From: Eledone cirrhosa
Taxonomy: Eukaryota
Assembly (NCBI GenBank): GCA_964016885.1
Contig: CAXHJY010000628.1
Location: 1-64,000, forward strand
Length of the DNA stretch: 64,000 nt
Reading direction: 5' to 3'
Each line of letters begins with the position of its first letter. The stretch's first letter is position 1. The position numbers and the translations under genes are program-made. Of this stretch, positions 51,911 to 64,000 are shown in pieces. Under the pieces are notes generated by a model. It was not told the origin of the DNA. It ran no database searches and saw only the letters and a program-made list of their open reading frames with translations.

Positions 51911-52409
51911 ATGTACCTCCCCATATTTATAATTTAAATATACTTTATTCCTAATATGATAATGTCAGGTAATTTTCCTTCTAAATAACATCTTGTCTCG
52001 TTAACATTTAACACCTGTCCAGGTAGGTAAATTCCTCCCCTCAAGAATGTCCAACAATAATTATAGAACCTCCTCTGTCTTTACCATATCAAAATGGGCA
52101 GACCTCTATAGTAAGTTCGAGCAAGACATAAATGTGTGAACACAAATTTGACGTGGCGTAAATATTTCTTCGCCAATAGTTTTACCATGTTTAATCTTTA
52201 AAAGAGTGTTACGGTCTCTTCTGTTGAATTAAAGTAAAGTTGGGAGTCCTGCGGCATTGATATTGGGTGGCCATAACCATAAATTCAAAAGAAGTTTTCA
52301 CATTTATTGTGAATGAGATGTTTTGATTTTTTTAGATTAATTATCAGGAAATATATTCGTACAGAAACAATTTTCACGCGTCGTAATAATTCCACCATGG
52401 CACTGCACA

Positions 52410-52449
<40 letters not shown>

Positions 52450-52463
52450 ACTAGAAATTGATT

Positions 52464-52520
<57 letters not shown>

Positions 52521-52921
52521 AACATATTAAACAATCACAGGGAATAATTTGTAAAAGTGTGTAAGCCCACATAGCTAGGTAGGTAACTAATTAAAGTTTA
52601 ACTAGAACTTTAAAAATAGATACCTTATAAATTGATTAATCTTTCTTGTATATATTTCATGAAAGAAAAAAATTTCACCATCAATCGGTCGGTAAACCAC
52701 AGTAGCCAAATCCCGGAAGTTCAACAAAGGAGAAGACAACTATTTGTGTTTACACAGCAAATTCAAATCTGCGAATGACTAGCAGCACGTGTTACATTTT
52801 TTAAAAATACACACACCGTACCAGCTTCATCCCAGTGGCGTGAATAGGGTTATCGACAACTAGAAATAGCAGTTCAGTTCGGATCTAGCTGTCGAAACGG
52901 CCATCGGGGTCCTGACTCGTT

Positions 52922-52971
<50 letters not shown>

Positions 52972-53279
52972 GAGAGGTATAGAGATTGTTTTAGCGAGAA
53001 GCTAATAGTATTCTATAACATATATGCGACTATAACGTCAAGATGGGAAAAGTAGTTAACGTAAGATTTAGGAAAAATAATTCAAACTCATCTCAAAAGA
53101 GAATCAGGATATAAATTCATCCACAGAATTTAGTGAAATCCAGGGAAAAATCAATAGACCTTTAACTCATGATAGATATATATGTTTGTGTGTGTGTGTG
53201 TGTTTATATTTATTTATTTATATACATAAACAGACCACAAGAACAAACATGAAACAGGCTATATCAAAAGTTCAGTTAG

Positions 53280-53870
53280 CTCTCAAGACACTGTGGACGA
53301 TTTCTGCTACTTGGGTAGTGGGGGTAGATATTCTGAAAGTACAGTAGCCTGGGGGAGAACTGATTGGAAAAATTTCACGAAGCTACAAATCTGTCTGAAT
53401 AAAAGGCAGACTGTATGATGCCTGCGTGCGAACCACGATACTACACGGAATCGAAATTTCGTCTTAGAGTGTAGCGGCTTTGCGAAAACTAGAAACATAT
53501 GCGGCGAACAATCTCAGGTGGATTTGTAATAATAGTATTGACAATAAAACATTTATGGGTTGGACTTGATCTTTGCTCTTTAAGCTCTGCTGTTGGTGAT
53601 CGAACTTTTTGGAGAAAAATATTTCATGTTGATGTGTAGTCTGCAACTGGCGGAGTTTAGCGTCAAAGTAGTAAGTAGTAGTAGTAGAAAACAAGAGAGA
53701 AGACTGTGATGGTATGGCTATGTGAGGCGTATTATAGATGAGAGCTGTATGAAGAAGTGTAGGACACTAAAAATCCAGGGAACCTTTTGAAGGAGACCAA
53801 GGAGAAAAAAATATATAATATGGAGATTTCCAAGTTGTGTCAGGGAAAAACGACAGGACTGGAACTGTTC
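53280..53870 (+). pseudogene. Old RTE-clade LINE fragments
   Basis: VDDFCYLGS..GRTDWKNFTKL (53290-53400) and QERRL*WYGYVRRIIDESCMKKCRTLKIQG..RRPRR (53692-53810). Confidence 0.7.
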
Positions 53871-53935
53871 GTTTTTACACTAACTCCATTCCTTTTCGTA
53901 TAAACACTCGACTATGCAATGAGACAAACAACATA

Positions 53936-54120
53936 TAATTGTTTCTATATTTGGCTCAAGGCCAGCAATTATCCCAGTGCATTACCGCTACTTTATCGTA
54001 TCGACCCCGTATGGATGAAAGGCAAAGCTAACCTCAGCGGGATTTGAACTCAGACCGTAAAGGGACATAACTCTATGCAGGAAAGCATGGCGTCCGACCC
54101 TCTACCAATACTGCCAATCC
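53936..54120 (-). mobile_element. tRNA-derived SINE
   Basis: Same family as 28338. Confidence 0.9.
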
Positions 54121-54310
54121 AGGATTCACACTACATCCTCGACGTATCACTAGACACCCTGAAAGAACAATAAATGATGCTGATTTTGCAAATAATATCA
54201 CACTCTTATCAGAGACCTGCGAAAAAGAAGAGTTGTTGGAATGGCTGCCGACACAATTGAATGAGAAGAAGGCGAAATATATTGCATCCAACCAGAAAGA
54301 TTATCAATGT
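54121..54310 (+). pseudogene. RTE-clade RT fragment (catalytic motif decayed)
   Basis: GFTLHPRRITRHPERTINDADFANNITLLSET..LNEKKAKYIASNQ; FADD has become FANN. Confidence 0.75.
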
Positions 54311-54337
54311 CTCGAATTTCCTCCTGCGGCAACGTTG

Positions 54338-54700
54338 ATAATAATGGTTTCTTATATAGGCACAAGGCCAGCAAATACCCAGTGCATAACTGGTACTTTA
54401 TTTTATCGACCCCGTAAGGATGAAAGGCAAAGTTAACCTCGGCGGGATTTGAACTCAGATCATAAAGGGCCGCAACTCTTTGCTGCAAATATATATTTAT
54501 ATCAAATTTAAAATAATTGTTTCTACTTTTGGCACAAGGCCAGCAATTATCCAGTACATTACTGGTACTTTATTTTATCGACCCGATAAGGATGAAAGGC
54601 AAAGTTAACCTCGGCGGGATTTGAACTCAGACCATAAAGGGCCGTAACTATGCTGGAAAGCATGGCGTCCGACCCTCTACCGATACTGCCAATCCACCGT
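54338..54700 (-). mobile_element. Two tandem tRNA-derived SINEs
   Basis: 54338-54485 (5'-truncated) and 54512-54700. Confidence 0.9.
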
Positions 54701-54711
54701 TGATAATAATA

Positions 54712-54810
54712 CATGCGGCTGGCCAGCTCATCGACTATGGTGTTGAGTAGGGAGGTAGTCATAGGACCAAGGCAACCAGAAGTCTCCACTGCCAAGGGCA
54801 CGACAGCAAG
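54712..54810 (-). pseudogene. Possible RLE-type (CRE/NeSL-like) non-LTR endonuclease fragment
   Basis: VVPLAVETSGCLGPMTTSLLNTIVDELASR resembles the F.P.AVET.G..G motif of restriction-like endonucleases. Confidence 0.5.
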
Positions 54811-55160
54811 ACCGAGTCTTCTAACCTTTATGACATCTGTAATCTGACTCAAGTTAGTGTGCTCCCTCCAAGATACATTTTGAACTTTCTTCATTAGTCA
54901 ACAATATCAGCCATCTAACCGTCTGTTCATCTTTTTTGAGAGTGTCCAACACTCTGCTCCATAAAAAAGCACACTTGCAACTGTTGATCAAAAAGAATTA
55001 AACCTTTAGTTTCGTGTTCAAGTTTGATTTCCAAATGACATCCATTTTGTTTGCAACTATAGAGTTATAAGTTAAGTCTAGTGCTCAATTCTTTTTCTGA
55101 AGTGTTGATACACGAAGCAAGATGCCTAAGATCCTCGACTCTTTTTGGGTAATCTCCATT
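54811..55160 (-). pseudogene. Old RTE-clade fragment
   Basis: KRVEDLRHLASCINTSEKE..NKMDVIWKSNL..STVASVLFYGAECWTLSKKMNRRLDG..VQNVSWREH..IKVRRL. Confidence 0.78.
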
Positions 55161-55174
55161 TTGTGACACAAAAC

Positions 55175-58440
<3,266 letters not shown>

Positions 58441-58734
58441 ATACTCACCTTACAGCAGAAACTACAAGATAAATGTCAGTACAACTAAATTCCCATCATG
58501 CACCAAATAACAGAGGTATCTGCTATAATTTCTTCACATTTATAACATTTATAACCCTTTCCTCTACTTACCCATACAGCCAGATCTGCCATTCTTTACA
58601 CGTTCCCCTTCAGCTCAATAATTTAAAGATGTTTTTATATTTCTTTCTCATATTTATGTAATTATAAAAGGTTTTTAAGCCAACTTTGTGAAACACGTGT
58701 ATTTCGAATAAACATACTTTTCTTATTAGGATTA

Positions 58735-59037
58735 CTGCTCTGAAATAGCGATGTATACATGAATGAATTTTATAGTATATTTCGCAATATACCGTATGTT
58801 TAATTAAAAACATTTAGAAGACTATATGCTATCAGTTTTAAAGTAGTGACTATGTCACTTACTTCTTTTCGGCGAAAGAAGGGAGAGAAGCTGAGAGCCT
58901 GTTTCACGCTAGTTGGCGTTCATCAGAGCCACGTCCTCCCATGCTTCCGCCGAAAATTATAGAAGCTGGATTCTTATAGAATTCCAGTAATAATCAAGAG
59001 CTGATTATACAGGGCGATTGCCGGTCCAGCTAAATCT
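58735..59037 (-). mobile_element. Diverged single-unit relative of the 310-bp HHR repeat (family C)
   Basis: Shared anchors in the same order: tgctctgaaatagcgat, gtatgttt..aaacattt.gaagac, HHR, cttatagaat, gcg.ttgccggtcc; span ~300 bp. Confidence 0.8.
58889..58930 (-). ncRNA. Type I hammerhead ribozyme (family C; stem III degenerate)
   Basis: Minus strand GGCU-CUGAUGA-ACGC-CAACUA-GCGU-GAAA-CAGGCUC-UC-AGCU. Confidence 0.72.
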
Positions 59038-59084
59038 CATTTTATCTTTTTACTGGTAGAATTAGACTTATGTGTAAAAGGGGA

Positions 59085-59281
59085 AAGACATCCATCGGTG
59101 ACGATTGACTTTGGGATTGTCACCTACAATGTTTCTCTCCGAGGCAGAAGTCTGGGCTGGGTTGTTTGTGAAAGACCAGCAGTTGCCCATCCATGCCAGT
59201 CCCCGCTCTCTACACCACCGATGTTGTCCAAAGGAAAGGCTATGGCCGATACAGTTTGGCACAAGTGATGTCACAACTCGC
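59085..59281 (-). mobile_element. SINE body fragment (Ceph-domain-like)
   Basis: gatgttgtccaa(a/g)ggaaaggctatggccgatacag.ttggcac.agtga recurs at 59327-59383 and 59768-59840; family recognised from memory. Confidence 0.6.
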
Positions 59282-59400
59282 ATATATTATATATATACTA
59301 TGTACAGTATATATATATACACGATGTATGTTGTCCAAGGGAAAGGCTATGGCTAATACAGCTTGACACAATTGACGTGGCAACACACACACACACACAT

Positions 59401-59482
<82 letters not shown>

Positions 59483-59873
59483 TCGATATATCAACAAATG
59501 TAAACTATATTTCTAAAACCATATTTATTTCATTATACATATTTCAAGGACACCAAGTTAAATTATGGTGTGCTTTCATCAAATAAAATATAATATAGAT
59601 CAGCTTTATAAATAAATATTGACATACCCTTAAAGAATGCGACCATTTCTGTTGGAAGCTCCCGGATAGTCATATATATATATATATATATAATAGATTT
59701 ACTGTAAATATGGTACATACACTTCATATACACTATATATAGACTATATATACACTAAACTACATATGATATTGTCCAAGGGAAAGGCAATGGCTGATAT
59801 AGGTTGACACCAGTGACATCGCAACTCATTTCAACAGCTAGGACATAACACAGGACCCTTCTATTTCTAACTC

Positions 59874-60002
59874 TATCTTCTGATGAAGAACTAGTTTCCG
59901 AAACATTAAAACTCACTTATTGCTATTCGAAGTGTTAGATAATATATTTCTTAAATGTACTGTGTCATTTTGCTTTTTTTAAAATTTCTGTTTACCTTTT
60001 AC
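59874..60002 (+). mobile_element. pLTR-like repeat with a degenerate HHR (family D)
   Basis: tctt-CTGATGA-agaactagtttcc-GAAA-cattaaaa (59876-59911); downstream part homologous to 2021-2122. Confidence 0.62.
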
Positions 60003-60226
60003 ACACACACGAACAAACAAACACACATACACACACATACACACACACATGTATAAATATATATATATATGTAGGGGGGGGTGTATGTACATATGTATGT
60101 ATGTTTGTATATATGTAAGGTGCTATATACAAATTGTATAAAACATATATAAATGAGTGTGCGTTCGTGTATGCAGTATGTATTGCATCTACATATAGAT
60201 TTTATAAACCACTTGCACGCACGTAA

Positions 60227-60258
<32 letters not shown>

Positions 60259-60408
60259 TCATTTGTACATATATATACATTTTCATTTCTACATACATAT
60301 ATATACATTTTCATTTATACATACATATATATATATACATTTTCATTTATACATACATATATATATATACATGTACACAATATGTGCATATATACACATA
60401 CATATGCA

Positions 60409-60492
<84 letters not shown>

Positions 60493-60603
60493 GTCTAATG
60501 GTGTGATAAGGATGTGAGTGATTTAAAGTATTAAAATACAATTTGCTATCAATTGCTATGTTGAAAACACTCATTTCTAGTTAAAGAATTGATAATCGTT
60601 ATT

Positions 60604-60685
60604 GCTTCCTTTTCGCATCTCCGCCATTTTAAATCTTAACTGAACAACTGTGACGTCAAGCTGGTAGGCAAGCTGGGAAGTGGAG
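60604..60685. promoter_or_regulatory. Candidate regulatory element (YY1 + CRE + ETS-like motifs)
   Basis: CCGCCATTTT 60621-60630, TGACGTCA 60651-60658, GGAAG cores; motif evidence only. Confidence 0.35.
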
Positions 60686-60844
60686 CGTCCATAGATTAAC
60701 GCTGGAACAACGACACGACAGGATATCTGTCTCTCTCTCACTCTCTTTCTTTTTCCATATCTCGCCCTTTCTCATTCTTTTTCAGTCTATAAATAACTTT
60801 CTCTCTATATATATGTAATATAAATGTATCTTCCATCTGTCACT

Positions 60845-63112
<2,268 letters not shown>

Positions 63113-63549
63113 GGAATTAAAAAATAATGACTGTGTTCCAGAGATGCGGGATTTCTTTAACACCCGGTTTATCCCCACTTCTCACCCATTTCGAAGTCCC
63201 TAAATAAAGAACTAGAGTGATACTTTATTCATCGATAGCAAAAGAATGAAAAGCAAATCCTATCCAACGTTCTCAAGATTCAGCCAATTCGCCGCCTTCT
63301 AGCAGTCGTAGTAGTAGTAATGGTGGTGATTTGTTGGTGAGGTGTAAACGGCAACGATAAGTCTAGATGAGACACCATTTTAGAATTATTTATTTTAGAG
63401 TCTTTTTGCTTTTTGATATTGGTTCCTTTTCATATTTCTTCATTACCTTTTTCTTTCTTCTTCTCTCTATTTGATATCGATGGTTTCAAATTCGATTTTA
63501 AAAATAAAAAATGTTTAAATTAGGATACGTAGACATCCTTACACCCTCA

Positions 63550-63930
63550 TACACACACACACAGAGACGCATATACACGCACACAGACGCATACACACAC
63601 AGACGCATACACACACACAGACGCACACACACACAGACGCATACACACACAGACGCATACACACACAGACGCATACACACACACACAGAGAGAGACGCAT
63701 ACACACAGAGACGCATACACACACAGAGACAGACGCATACGCACACAGACGCACACTCACACACACACAGACGCACACGCACACAGAGACGCATAGACAC
63801 ACAAACGCACACACTCACACAGACGCATACACACACATACGCACACACACACACACGCAGACGCATATACACACACAGAGACGCATAGACACACAAACGC
63901 ATACATACACACACACAGACGCATACACAC
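63550..63930. repeat. (ACACACAGACGCAT)-type minisatellite
   Basis: Recurrent agacgca + (ca)n units. Confidence 0.9.
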
Positions 63931-64000
63931 GTACATGCATATCTGAGTCTCACCACAACCCCTTTGCTGCCTTTTACATGCAGACACTTACACGTACATA

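Overview
Non-coding, repeat-saturated eukaryotic DNA, most likely from an octopod cephalopod. That is an inference from the extreme (TA)n/(CATA)n density and SINE families I recognise from memory. Nearly all [12 protein letters not shown] ORFs in the track are microsatellite artefacts, and I found no convincing host gene. The window contains: (1) a young 5'-truncated CR1-group LINE with a stop-free RT ORF (13163-15049); (2) five copies of a ~610-bp non-autonomous bipartite RTE derivative (structured 5' UTR plus C-terminal C2H2 finger and 3' UTR), four of them stacked in one microsatellite; (3) old RTE, Tx1-like and RLE-type LINE fragments; (4) about a dozen tRNA-derived SINEs, a Tc1/mariner-type MITE and 23-bp minisatellites. 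The strongest unexplained signal is a set of short repeats carrying type I hammerhead ribozyme (HHR) motifs, in four families plus a half-motif family. One is a 310-bp tandem/inverted unit at 1-690. Its diverged relative at 58.7-59.0 kb shows compensatory base changes around the ribozyme, pointing to a structured Penelope-pLTR/retrozyme-like RNA system. Self-cleavage is untested.
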